Notes: generated by a model not told the origin, from the letters alone. A DNA stretch of 64,000 nt from an uncultured Nitrososphaerota archaeon (GCA_963842885.1 CAWJIE010000002.1:128001-192000); one strand, 5' to 3'. Counted from the first letter of the stretch, positions 48,633-59,113 are shown. Numbers and translations are program-made.

Positions 48633-50758
48633 CCTTCAGCTCATCCCTGAGGGCGTCCCTTAGCTTCCCAGCGGCCAGCTGCAGCTTGGGGAACTCGCCC
48701 TTCTCCGCGTACTGCTCCAGCTTGTCGGCGAAGCCCATTCCGAAGGCGAGAAGCTCCTGCTTCTGGGCCTCCCCGACTGCCATGAAGTGCAATATGGGCT
48801 TGAGGGCCTCGAGCCTCCCTATCTCCTCGCCGACGTCCTTCGCTCGCAGGTAGGTCTGCTCCACCTCTTGGGCGAAGGCGTCGAGCCTATCAGCCGTCGC
48901 CTTGAGGACGGTCCCGGCGCCCGTTGAGGCTTCGATGCGCATCTTCTTCATGGAGGACTCCACAGCCTCATCAATCGACCTTATCTCCTCGGCCGTCTTC
49001 ATGGCCATTCCCTCGGCGGCCTTCTGGAGCTCTTCGGTGTAGGACTGCACCGACGCCTTGGCCATGAGGGTAATCCCTTCGATGTCCTTCTCCAGCTGCG
49101 CCTTCATGGAACCGAGATGGGCGACGTTCTCGGTGAGGGTGCTCTGCTGGTGCTCCAGGGCAGCCACCTGCTTCTGGAGCTCCTCCATGTGCTGGGAGAG
49201 GCCTTGGTACCGTCTGAGCTCCTCCCCCACCAGGGCAGCCGAAAGGTTCGTCTCTTCGAGGATCTTTCCCCACTTCGCCATCTCCCGGGCGTCGACGCCC
49301 TTCTTCATGGCGCTGACGTAGCCGTCCACCGCCTCCATTTCGTTCTTGTACTCCTCCTCCAGCCCCGCCTTCTTCTTGGCCAGGGCCTCCGTCTCAGAGG
49401 TGAGGCGGCCCAGCTCCTCCTCCGCCACTTTGACCTCCTTCGCCTTCCCCTCCCTTAGGCCCTCGAAGCTGGCCATCTCCCTCAGGCTCGCCCACACGGT
49501 GTCGGCGCTGAGGTTGGCATCGTCGAGGAGGCGTGCCCAAGCCGCCATCATCGCGTCCGTCACTCCCTTGTCCTTCAGCCCAGCGTACGCCTCCAGCTGC
49601 CCGGCGACCTTGGCGCGCTCCTCCCCTATGGCCGCCAGCTTCGCGTTAGCGGCCTCCAGCGCTTGGGGGAGGGCCTTGATCTTGTGGTCGAACTCTTCCA
49701 GGAGGAGACCCTTCCTCTCCTCCAGCTCCTTGACCTCGGGGGCTAGGCCCAGGAGCATGTCGTAGTGCTTCAGGAGATCCTCTTGGAACTTCTGCATCGC
49801 CTCCGACGCGCTCAGGCCGTGGTTGGCCGATGTCTGGACGACGAGGTTCCTGATCTCCTGTATGCCGATATATGTCAGGCCCGTCTGCTCGTACCTCCAG
49901 AATCTCCTCCACAATCTTCTGCTTTGCCTGCGTCTCCCTTTCGAGCTCCTCCTTCTTCTTCCGCAGTCCGTCGACCTCCCCTTTCAGGGAGGCCTCCTCC
50001 CTGCCGAGGTCGCCCACTCGCGACTCGACGCCGTCGAGGGACTTCAGCACTGAGGAGACCTTGGCCGTGTCGAACCCCTCCTCCTTCAGGCCCGAGAGGA
50101 CCCTCGTCGCCTCGTCCAGGGAGGACAGCTCCATCCCGGCAGACGAGAGGGCCGTGCGCATCTTGACGAACTGCTCCAGGTCCTTCTTGGCGGTGTCGTG
50201 CTCTTCGAAGAGGTTCGCGAGCTCCTTCCTCTTCTCCTCGCACTGCTTGGAGAGCTTCTGCTGCTGCTCCTTGAGCACGGGGACCCTCGATACCATCATG
50301 CCGTACTCCTGCCTGATCAGGTCGAAGCCCTTCCCGTACTTCTGCTCTAAACGCTCTATCTCTGCGCAGTTCTCCGCGACCTTGGCTGCGGTGAGCTCCT
50401 TGTCCTTGGACCTCTGGAGGACGTCCCTGACGAAGTTGAGGGCGGCCTCCCCCTCCAGCCCAGCTTTCTTCAGAGCCAGCGCTACCCCTGCCCCGTCGGC
50501 CATTTCCGTGGGAGAGAGCTTCCTCTCCAGCATGGCTTCGGCAACTTGGTGCAGCTCGGCCACGGTCTCCGTCACGTCGAACTCCTCCGCCGCGGCCCAG
50601 ATCCCCTTCTTGTTCCAGAACTTCTCAAAACTTGCAATCTCCCCCTTGACGACCCGCGCCTTCTCCTTCGTCCTCTTGGCTACCCCGGGCTCGGTACAGC
50701 CTCCAAGGTAGGAGCCAATAATCTCCCTACGCCTCGCCGGAGAAATGGTCGCGGGCAC
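48619..50758 (-). CDS. Long coiled-coil repeat protein with N-terminal HTH-like segment; frameshift near 49895 (~710 aa joined)
   Basis: ORFs 49646..50758 and 48619..49914 join in consistent E/K/L heptad composition. Confidence 0.75.
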
Positions 50759-50896
50759 TGTGGGAGGTTATGTTGGACGAATATATACGCGTCACGTGTT
50801 ACGACTTTCCGTATTATTGAAGCACGACCGCTGAGCCTGCCAAACCCTTCTGCCGACGCAGTTGGAATCTACAATTCTTCGAGCCTGCCCCCCCAG

Positions 50897-50931
50897 CACC
50901 TCTGCTGCTGGAAAAGAGATCAATATCATAG
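50897..50931 (+). repeat. Repeat family B, 5'-half copy
   Basis: cacctctgctgctggaaaagagatcaatatcatag. Confidence 0.7.
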
Positions 50932-50978
50932 GACTGCTTCAGGCGGTCGTCAGGGTCGCCACTGCAGTTCCCTTATAA

Positions 50979-51647
50979 GTGCACCAGGAACCCACCACGG
51001 TCGTGGACCCGCTCACCTACATCTTCCACCTCATCACCAACCTGAGCAACCTGGGCGGGCTAATCCAGGCCTACGGAACCTGGGTGTATGGAGCGTTGTT
51101 CCTCATCATCTTCTGTGAGACAGGGCTGGTGGTCTTCCCCTTTCTGCCCGGAGACTCCATCCTATTCATAGCGGGCACCTTTTCGGCCGGCGGCTCTTTC
51201 GACGTCTACATGCTGACCGCAATCCTGGCGGTCGCGGCCGTGGCTGGGGATTCGGTGAACTATGGGATAGGGCGTTATGTTGGTCCCAGGGCTTTCAGGG
51301 GGAACATCCGATATCTGAAGAAGGAGTATCTCGACCGCGCCCATTCCTTCTTCGAGAGATACGGAGGGAAGACCATCGCCATCGGGAGGTTCGTCCCCGT
51401 GATTCGCACCTTCGTCCCCTTCGTAGCGGGAATCGGGTCCATGCGATACCGGCGATTCTTCACCTTCAACGTCGTGGGCGGGGTCGCGTGGGTCCTCCTC
51501 TTCGTCCTGAGCGGATACTACTTCGGGAACATCGCCTTCGTGAAGGACAACTTAACGATGGTCGTCTACGCGATCATCGTCATCTCCCTGCTTCCAGCCG
51601 CCTACGAGTTCCTCCACCAACGTCGCTCCGAGAGATCAAGCGCTTGA
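50979..51647 (+). CDS. dedA: DedA family membrane protein
   Basis: IFCETGLVVFPFLPGDSILF, GDSVNYGIGR, FFERYGGKTI and GRFVPVIRTFVPFVAG. Confidence 0.95.
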   Translation: MHQEPTTVVDPLTYIFHLITNLSNLGGLIQAYGTWVYGALFLIIFCETGLVVFPFLPGDSILFIAGTFSAGGSFDVYMLTAILAVAAVAGDSVNYGIGRYVGPRAFRGNIRYLKKEYLDRAHSFFERYGGKTIAIGRFVPVIRTFVPFVAGIGSMRYRRFFTFNVVGGVAWVLLFVLSGYYFGNIAFVKDNLTMVVYAIIVISLLPAAYEFLHQRRSERSSA

Positions 51648-52053
51648 CTCTGAGAAGGAGCACGGGTCCCTTGCCATGGGTGGGCGAAAAGGGACAGATA
51701 CTATGAAACACTATCTCCGTGATTTGACCGAAGAGAGACGCATCTCTGGGGCCTCGAATACTGTCAAGGGATTCTTCGGCGTTCCTATGGCCCATGACCC
51801 GTCCAGTCCAACCGGATGACTTCGGCAGAACTGCTCCGAGGATTCTCAGCGACGTTCTAATAACCGCTCCATCAGGACGAAGTCTATTCGACGCCTGTGC
51901 CCGCCCGTCTTGACGTTGTTCCTCTGGATTCGATCTTGCCTGTCCGCAGTCGAGAGCGGCTGGCCTCCCAGCGGCACCTCGTCATCGGTGGGCGCCGGGC
52001 TTGGAATAGTAAAAAGGAGAGTGTGATCAAGAACGTCAGAGAGAACGTCCGTC

Positions 52054-53073
52054 GTGTATGCCCCGGGCAAGCCGGATTCGACCATCGTGAAGGCAGAGGG
52101 CCTTTCCAAGAGCTACGGGAAGTTCAAGGCGGTGGACAACATCAGCTTCGACATCAAGGAGGGAGAGATCTTCGGCTTCCTCGGCCCGAACGGTGCCGGG
52201 AAGACCACCACCATCAACATGCTCACGACCCTGATCAGGCCCACCTCGGGAGACGCCACCGTCTGCGGCTACGACATCAGGAAGGACGCAACTGAGGTGC
52301 GAAGGAACGTCGGGGTGGTGCCGCAGGAGTACACGGCCGACGAAGACATGACAGGCCTGAACAACATACTCCTCTGCGCGGACCTCTACGGGATGCCCAG
52401 GAGCGATTCCAGGGAGCACGCGGCCGAGCTCCTAGAGCTGGTGGAGCTGCAGGACGCAGCCCACAAGAAGGTGAGCACCTACTCGGGCGGGATGCGCAGG
52501 AGGCTGGAGCTCGCCTGCGGCCTCATAAACTACCCCAAGGCCCTCTTCCTCGACGAGCCCACCCTGGGCCTAGATGTTCAGACACGCGCTGCGGTCTGGA
52601 AGTACATCAAGACCCTGAAGGAGGAGTACCAGATGACCCTCTTCCTGACGACCCATTATCTGGAGGAGGCCGACCTTCTCTGCGACAGGATCGCCATAAT
52701 CGACCACGGCCACATCGTCAGGATTGGCACCCCCGGTGAACTGAAGGCGAGCGTCGGTGGAGACATAATCGTGGTCGGAGTCGATGAAGCCACGCCCGAC
52801 ATCTCATCCGACATCGCCAAGGTGGCCTCCGTCAAGGAAGTCAAGCGCAACGGGAACGATTACCGCATTAAGGCCGAGCTCGGCGAGCAAGCCTCGCCCC
52901 AGATAATGGACCTCGTGCGGTCGAAGGGGCTTCACGTAACGAAGATTTCGCTGACCAAGCCCACCCTGGACGAAGCATATCTGGAGTTCACCGGCCGAAG
53001 CCTCAGGGAAGAGGAAGGAAACAAGTGGGAGGCACGTTCCCAGCGGCGCACGGTGGGGAAGGCCAGGTCGTAG
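52054..53073 (+). CDS. ABC transporter ATP-binding protein (DrrA-like)
   Basis: GPNGAGKTT, YSGGMRRRL, LFLDEPT and TTHY motifs. Confidence 0.95.
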   Translation: MYAPGKPDSTIVKAEGLSKSYGKFKAVDNISFDIKEGEIFGFLGPNGAGKTTTINMLTTLIRPTSGDATVCGYDIRKDATEVRRNVGVVPQEYTADEDMTGLNNILLCADLYGMPRSDSREHAAELLELVELQDAAHKKVSTYSGGMRRRLELACGLINYPKALFLDEPTLGLDVQTRAAVWKYIKTLKEEYQMTLFLTTHYLEEADLLCDRIAIIDHGHIVRIGTPGELKASVGGDIIVVGVDEATPDISSDIAKVASVKEVKRNGNDYRIKAELGEQASPQIMDLVRSKGLHVTKISLTKPTLDEAYLEFTGRSLREEEGNKWEARSQRRTVGKARS

Positions 53074-53086
53074 GGGTAGGATCACA

Positions 53087-54028
53087 ATGGTTGAAACAGG
53101 AGACGGAAAGATCGCGGAGGCCTCGGGAAGCAACGCGCAGGTGGAGAGTCAGTCCAGCGCCGCTGCGGGCGTCAGAGAGAAGAGGTTCAGGGCGGCTCCG
53201 AAGCTGAGCAGGAGCCCCATCCACGGCCTCTGGTCGCTGACGAACAGAGACCTGAGGAAGTGGTACACGAACCCCGTGCAGCTCATCGCTTCGATGATCC
53301 AGCCTGTCATCTGGCTGGCCCTCTTCGGCAAGGCCCTCAACTTCGGGGCGTTCATAGCGGGCGCAGGCGGCTCTCAGGCCGAGCAGAACGCCGTCCTCAT
53401 GGGCTTCTTCGGCACCACCAGCTACTTCTCCTACCTGGCCTGCGGGATGCTGGCCTTCGTGATACTGTTCACGTCGGCTTTCAGCGGGCTCTCCGTCGTG
53501 TTCGACCGCAGGTTCGGCTTCCTGAATAAGGCGCTGAGCACGCCTGTGGCTCGAGGCTCCATCATCATGAGCAAGGTCCTCCAGAGCGTCGGAAGGTCAA
53601 TCGCCCAGGCTGCGATGGTCTTGATCATAGCGGTGGTCCTTGGCATGGACACTTCGCACTTCTCCATCCTCGGCATCATCGCCGCCTTCGTCATACTCTT
53701 CCTCATGTCCATGGGGCTCTCTTCTCTCTTCGTAATGTTCGCACTGAGGTCGGGCGACTGGCAGACGCAGATCGCCATAATCAACGTAATCAACCTCCCC
53801 CTCCTGTTCGCCAGCAACGCCCTGTTCCCGGCGAAGGAGATGCCCGCTTGGCTTCAGGGAGTGGTGAACATCAACCCCGTAAGCTACACCAACGACGCCG
53901 TCAGGTCCCTGCTGCTCGGATCGACGGCCCACTACGGGCTCGCCGTCGACTTCGTCTACCTCACCGGGTTCGCCGTCGTGCTCTGCGCCATCGGCGTGGT
54001 CCTGTCATGGAGGTTCCTGTCGAAATGA
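53087..54028 (+). CDS. ABC-2 type transporter permease (DrrB-like)
   Basis: QPVIWLALFG, DRRFGFL, FASNALFP and NPVSY motifs. Confidence 0.93.
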   Translation: MVETGDGKIAEASGSNAQVESQSSAAAGVREKRFRAAPKLSRSPIHGLWSLTNRDLRKWYTNPVQLIASMIQPVIWLALFGKALNFGAFIAGAGGSQAEQNAVLMGFFGTTSYFSYLACGMLAFVILFTSAFSGLSVVFDRRFGFLNKALSTPVARGSIIMSKVLQSVGRSIAQAAMVLIIAVVLGMDTSHFSILGIIAAFVILFLMSMGLSSLFVMFALRSGDWQTQIAIINVINLPLLFASNALFPAKEMPAWLQGVVNINPVSYTNDAVRSLLLGSTAHYGLAVDFVYLTGFAVVLCAIGVVLSWRFLSK

Positions 54029-54173
54029 CGTGGAAGGAGCCCTTGCCGACCGCATAACTTCGGTGGAATCCTCGTCTCCGCTCTTGTGCGCCCTGCGTGG
54101 CGAGCCCCTCTGACGTAGGCTTGACTCGCTTCGAAGCCCTTGCATAAACGCGTTTGAAATCTGCGACGCCGGT

Positions 54174-54971
54174 TCATTCCACATTGAAGCGCAAGAATAC
54201 AGTCTGTCCCCACACATCGGCAACAACCACAGTATAGGGGCCAGCAGGGAACTGATGAAAGGCGACCACTGAGGAGCCCCCCGTATACGCCGTATAGTAT
54301 CCAGCAGCCCCGTCCAGAGGGCCTCCCTCCGTATACTGCCCGTTTGTGCTGATGACTGACTTGAAGGGGCTCAAGGAGAAAATGATGTCTTCGATATTCG
54401 TCCAGTTGGTGCCTGCTAAATCTACGAACTCCTCCGCCGCCGTATGGCTGCCAGGGAGGAAGGTGATCCTGGTCAGTGTCAGGGGCGCAGCGCAGGGAAT
54501 CGGATAGGGCTCGGCCAGCTGTAGTGGAGGCCCGGCCGTCGAGATGTCGCCCGAAGTGTAGTTGCCCTGGAACACCGCGATGACGAGAATCGGCTGCCAA
54601 TTGCACACGTTCGTGCTGTACGGCCCCCACGCTGTGATGTTAGAATAGGTGGCGAAGTCAGGGTACAACGTGAGGTCTTCTTTGAGGGTGTTCACAAGCT
54701 CCGCCGTAACGCCTATCGCTTCGCCCTGCCGAATCCCGGTCGAGTTCAAGGTCACAGAAAGCTTCAGCCCCAAGGCCGACGTCAGGCTGGCGTTCTGAGG
54801 CGTTGAGTTGAGGCCGCCGGATGACGAATTGCGGCCGCTGGTGGATGGTGGGAAGAATACGAAGGCTAACCCGACGACGTCGAAGAGCATGAGGACCAGG
54901 GCCACTCCCACAAGCACCTTGCTCGCCCCTCTTCTCATGCCAGCTCCATCGCTAGATTGTCTCCACAGCAT
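54174..54971 (-). CDS. Membrane-anchored secreted hypothetical protein
   Basis: N-terminal TM; GLKLSVTLNST, AVFQGNYT and GPYTVVVADVWGQ. Confidence 0.7.
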   Translation of the reverse strand: MLWRQSSDGAGMRRGASKVLVGVALVLMLFDVVGLAFVFFPPSTSGRNSSSGGLNSTPQNASLTSALGLKLSVTLNSTGIRQGEAIGVTAELVNTLKEDLTLYPDFATYSNITAWGPYSTNVCNWQPILVIAVFQGNYTSGDISTAGPPLQLAEPYPIPCAAPLTLTRITFLPGSHTAAEEFVDLAGTNWTNIEDIIFSLSPFKSVISTNGQYTEGGPLDGAAGYYTAYTGGSSVVAFHQFPAGPYTVVVADVWGQTVFLRFNVE

Positions 54972-55003
54972 CCATAAGCCTAGTCTTTAGAACGACCGCC
55001 GTC

Positions 55004-55819
55004 TTATTGGCTGCCCAAACCGCCACCGGTGAGGGATACCTGAGGCTCGACGGCCACGATCCTCTCCCTTAGCTTGGCTGAGACCTCAGGAAGAAGCTTC
55101 GCCGCGACGTCCCCCATCTTGAGCTGCTGCCACTCAGAGGGACGAATGACTTGGGAGAACCCCATCTTCTCGGCCAGCTCGTATGCCTCCTTGGCCTGGG
55201 CCTCCTCCCCGGAGAAGATGGAGTCCTGGAGGCGCGAAAGCAGGAAGACCGCCGCGTAGATTGCTTGGGCCTTGGAGGCGCCCAGCTCCTTCTCCTTGGC
55301 TTGCAGGGCGACCCCCAGCGCCGCCTTCCTCTCCTCGACGGGCTTGTAGATGCCCAACAGGATGGAGCCGACGACGTTCTCTTCCTTGGGTGGAGCCTGA
55401 GCCCAGAGACCTACGAACGCCTCTCTCGGGTTCTCGCGGACGGTCCTGAGTGCCTCAAACGCGGCGCCCCTGGCTGAGACGAACTCTCTCAAGAGGGGAA
55501 ACAGCTCGTCGCAGAGCTTGCCGTTGCGATCGGCCATCTCCAGGGCGGGCCTGCGGAGGATGGAGGCCAGCTCCAAGACGGTGGAGCCCCTTTCGGAATG
55601 GAGGGAAAAGTCGCCCACCCGCAGGTCCGTCTCCCCCAGCTCCACCACGGTCCTCTCGTCGTACGCGAAGGCCGTCAGCTGGAGGCGCTCCTTCTTGAAG
55701 AGCGAGTGTCTCTCGTAGGTCGCCACTACATTCCTTTTCTCTTCGTCGACTTCCACCGTCACAGAGGAGTACTCTTTTCCCTTGTAAGTGGCGAAGACGA
55801 ACTCCAGCGACCTGCTCAT
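55004..55819 (-). CDS. Hypothetical protein, N-terminal beta (PH-like) domain plus helical domain; last gene of the tubulin-like operon
   Basis: ATGA overlap with the upstream gene; beta-strand pattern then amphipathic helices. Confidence 0.75.
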   Translation of the reverse strand: MSRSLEFVFATYKGKEYSSVTVEVDEEKRNVVATYERHSLFKKERLQLTAFAYDERTVVELGETDLRVGDFSLHSERGSTVLELASILRRPALEMADRNGKLCDELFPLLREFVSARGAAFEALRTVRENPREAFVGLWAQAPPKEENVVGSILLGIYKPVEERKAALGVALQAKEKELGASKAQAIYAAVFLLSRLQDSIFSGEEAQAKEAYELAEKMGFSQVIRPSEWQQLKMGDVAAKLLPEVSAKLRERIVAVEPQVSLTGGGLGSQ

Positions 55820-56859
55820 CGTATCGCCTCCATGCTCAGGTCCTTAGCCTTCATGGCAACCTTACGGTAGCCCTCCTCAAGGTACTTGGGGAGGGGAAGG
55901 CCCTTCACGCCGTATAGCACGAGGAGGTCGTAGAAGCCGTACCTGCTCATGCCCTCCACCACCTTCGACTCCGAGCTGATCAGGTCCGGGAACCTCTTGC
56001 AGTATTCATCGAAGGCCTTGGCTATGTCGCCGGCAAGTTCCCTCCCTGCCAAGGCGAAGAGGTGGGCCATCACGACATCTTCGTTGGGGACGGCCGACGA
56101 CATCACCTCCTTTTGGACCGAGAATGCGTCGGGGACCCCCTTGTACACCTTCCCGGACGCCGCCAGGAGGGGCGAGAAGGCGTGGAAGGTCACGCCGAGG
56201 CGGACGTCCTTCTTAACGAAACCGGAGACCTCCTTCAGGTTGCCCAGGAAGTAGTTCATCACCCTCAGGAGGGCCGCGCTCCCCGTGAGCAGCCCTTCGT
56301 CCTCGGTGAAGCAGGCCAGGTCATCGATGAACTCCTGATTGACGAGGATGAGCGGCTCCTTCCTCCGGACGGCCGCCTGGAGAGAAACGAAGCTGGAGCT
56401 CTTCTCCATGGCCGTGGCTCCCCTCTCCGGCACCAGGGCCATGACGACGGAGTTGGAGTCAAGGATGGGGGACGAAAGGAGGGCTGGCGCCAAGGGATGG
56501 GCCGTGTCGACCACGACGAACCTGTACCTGCACCGGTCGTAGCCGACGAGCCTGAGCCAGAGCGTGATGTCCTTCGAGTAGGCCTTGTAGTATTCGAGCC
56601 ATGTTCCTCCCTCCAACTCCTTCAGTGAGAGGCCCGATGCCTTCCTCTCCTCCGTCGCCCCCAGGGAGACCTCACCCGCCCAGGCGCCGCCGACCTGGGG
56701 AGCAGGGAGGCCCAGAGACAGGACCTCCATCTCACCGAAGTTCGGCGTGACCTTAGGGAGGGTTATCGCGGGGAAGAGCTCCGAGTACAGGACGGGGGCC
56801 CCGCACTGGTCGCAGGTCACCAAGGGGCCCACTTCGTGGCCGTTGACGCACCTAGGCAT
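55816..56859 (-). CDS. Zn-ribbon protein with a probable inactive FtsZ/tubulin-like fold
   Basis: CVNGH...CDQCG; VMALVPERGATAMEKSSSFVSLQAAVRRKEPLILVNQEFI resembles tubulin S5-H5-S6; lacks GGGTG[S/T]G. Confidence 0.65.
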   Translation of the reverse strand: MPRCVNGHEVGPLVTCDQCGAPVLYSELFPAITLPKVTPNFGEMEVLSLGLPAPQVGGAWAGEVSLGATEERKASGLSLKELEGGTWLEYYKAYSKDITLWLRLVGYDRCRYRFVVVDTAHPLAPALLSSPILDSNSVVMALVPERGATAMEKSSSFVSLQAAVRRKEPLILVNQEFIDDLACFTEDEGLLTGSAALLRVMNYFLGNLKEVSGFVKKDVRLGVTFHAFSPLLAASGKVYKGVPDAFSVQKEVMSSAVPNEDVVMAHLFALAGRELAGDIAKAFDEYCKRFPDLISSESKVVEGMSRYGFYDLLVLYGVKGLPLPKYLEEGYRKVAMKAKDLSMEAIR

Positions 56860-59113
56860 TCTTGACCACCATGGCCTCGTCGGAGGAGTCGAACGACACC
56901 TTCCTGTGAGTCAGCATATACAGCTTGATGTAGACTATGGAGGCCTCGCGCTGGAAGGGTAGCTCCGAGATGGGGACGTATTCCCGCTTGGCGACCGCCG
57001 CCTCGAGGACCTTCCTCGCTATGGGATACTGCGAGAGGAGTATGAGATTCTGCTCGTCCACCCTCCTCTTCTCCTGGAGGTTGGAGAGGACGGAGGTGGC
57101 CTCCTCCACGAAATTGGAGAGGGAGCCGAAGGTGGGCTTGCTCGCGGAGAGCTCTTGGGACAGCGTCTGGAGCCTCGTCGACTGATCTATGGACTCGAAG
57201 CGTATGACCTTGGTGGCCCCAGGCGTGAGGGACCTTATGAGACGCTCGAGCTGTTCCGACTCCTTCCGCCAGTTTTCGGTGGCCTCCTGAAGGAGGAGGG
57301 AGGTGGCTGCGAGGGCCACGGCGTAGTCGGGGGAGGAGGCCGGCTCGGCGGGGGTGAGCTTCTCCATCTCGGCTTCCAGCCTCCCCCTCCTTTGGCCGTC
57401 GAGGAGCGCGCCCAGCCCCCTGACCTTGGCCGTCAGCTCCTTCACCTTGTCCTCCAGCTCCTGCTTCGACGTGTTCCTGAAGTTCAACCAGTACTCCTCG
57501 GAGACGAGCCTCATCCCCGTGACGTACTCTCCCGAGTCGAAGAGGTAAGAGGCGTTCACCGGAGGGGTGAGGTCTTGGCGGTCAGTGATGAAGTTGTATG
57601 CGGTGCTGACGGCTGTGTACTGGGTGAATAGCTCGGATGCAGCATCCCGGACGCCCTTCGTGAGCTCCTTGTAGCTTTCTACGGCCGCCTCCAGCGACAG
57701 GAGGCCGTCGATGTTGTCCAGAGTGGGGAAGCGGCCCGCGGCCTTCGCCTCCTCCAGCATGTTGTTGTGGGTCGAAGCCAGGGCCGAGAGGGAGGTGAGC
57801 TCGTTGATGACCTTAATCCTGAGGTTCTCGGGCATCTTGTCGAGGCTGGGGAGGACCTTCCCCTGCAGCTCCGCCGTCCAGTTCACCACAGTCTCGTAGC
57901 TGGCGGTGCCGATCCCCCTATCGACGTCCTTCATCAGGGCGGAACACTCGTCGACGGCGAGCTTCTCGGGGCGGACGGATACGGTGGGCGCTTCGGAAGC
58001 TATCGTCTGGATGGCACGGGACGCCTCCTCCAGGAGCTCCTTGTTCTTGGTCAGCAGGGAGGCGAGGTCGTTCTTGGCGAACTCCAGGCGCTCCAGCCGC
58101 TGAATCGAGTACTCCCTCACGGTGAAGATGAGCCCCACGCCCAGAGCACATGAAAGGAGGAGGACGTCGTCTAGGGGGTCCGTAACGAGCGACGTCTGGT
58201 AGCCCCCCGCCGATGAGGGGGAGAGCGTTGTGATGAGCGCTACGAAGGTGACGGCCGTCACGAGCCCGGCCACCAGCGGAGAAAGGACCTTGACCAGCTG
58301 GCGAAACCTTTCGAATGCCCCCAGCCGGCTCAGCGACGTGACCACTATTCCGGCGACGGAGGCTGACGCGCTGAAGATGATGCCCAGCAGGATGACGGGG
58401 ATGACCAGGTAGGTCGAGTCGGCTGAGGAGATGTACGTGGTCACCTGGGTGGCATAAGGGGATTCGATGTTTAAGGGGAAGACGAGGGGGACGTTGAGCC
58501 CCGAAAGGGAGGGGGCCATGTAGTCGTGGAGATCCTTCAGGTAGGAGAAGATGACCGGTATATGTGTGGAGAGGACGCTGGCCTGGAAATAGATGCCGTT
58601 CTCAAGGAGGAGGAGGGGGATGAGGGTGCTGACAAAGGTGACGGAGACAGGACCGATGCTCTCCAGCCCCCCCACGGCCGCCGCCGCCACGATGAGGGCT
58701 ATTGAAAGGTAGTAGAAGGGGGTGAGCATGAGGGCGACGGCCATCACGGCAAGCGCCATCGACGACGGCTCAATCCTAGCGCTGACCAACTCGAAGACGA
58801 AGAGGAAGGCCATCAGGCCCAGGGTCAGGAGGCCGTTGGTGGTCTTGACGACGTGCAGGAGGCCGAAGCCCAGAAGCTGCCAGCCGATGGTCGCGAAGGC
58901 GAAGAGGGCCAGCATGACGGAGGCCCAGCGCGGCCTTCTGAGGGCGGCCAGGCCCAGCCCCAGGGCGACAAGGAGGGCCAGCACGGGGAAGCCTGAAGCA
59001 GTGGGGAGGAAGTTGACGACGGAGAGCCAGACGAAGGCGGAAAGGGCGATGAGCGGCGACGCGGTGTACTTGTTGATTGTGGCTCGCGCTTTGGAGGTGG
59101 TCCCTAAGGTCAC
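56852..59113 (-). CDS. Polytopic membrane protein with a large cytoplasmic coiled-coil domain
   Basis: About 9-10 TM helices in the N-terminal ~335 aa, then heptad-rich helices; GTGA overlap with the upstream stop. Confidence 0.85.
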   Translation of the reverse strand: MTLGTTSKARATINKYTASPLIALSAFVWLSVVNFLPTASGFPVLALLVALGLGLAALRRPRWASVMLALFAFATIGWQLLGFGLLHVVKTTNGLLTLGLMAFLFVFELVSARIEPSSMALAVMAVALMLTPFYYLSIALIVAAAAVGGLESIGPVSVTFVSTLIPLLLLENGIYFQASVLSTHIPVIFSYLKDLHDYMAPSLSGLNVPLVFPLNIESPYATQVTTYISSADSTYLVIPVILLGIIFSASASVAGIVVTSLSRLGAFERFRQLVKVLSPLVAGLVTAVTFVALITTLSPSSAGGYQTSLVTDPLDDVLLLSCALGVGLIFTVREYSIQRLERLEFAKNDLASLLTKNKELLEEASRAIQTIASEAPTVSVRPEKLAVDECSALMKDVDRGIGTASYETVVNWTAELQGKVLPSLDKMPENLRIKVINELTSLSALASTHNNMLEEAKAAGRFPTLDNIDGLLSLEAAVESYKELTKGVRDAASELFTQYTAVSTAYNFITDRQDLTPPVNASYLFDSGEYVTGMRLVSEEYWLNFRNTSKQELEDKVKELTAKVRGLGALLDGQRRGRLEAEMEKLTPAEPASSPDYAVALAATSLLLQEATENWRKESEQLERLIRSLTPGATKVIRFESIDQSTRLQTLSQELSASKPTFGSLSNFVEEATSVLSNLQEKRRVDEQNLILLSQYPIARKVLEAAVAKREYVPISELPFQREASIVYIKLYMLTHRKVSFDSSDEAMVVKNA

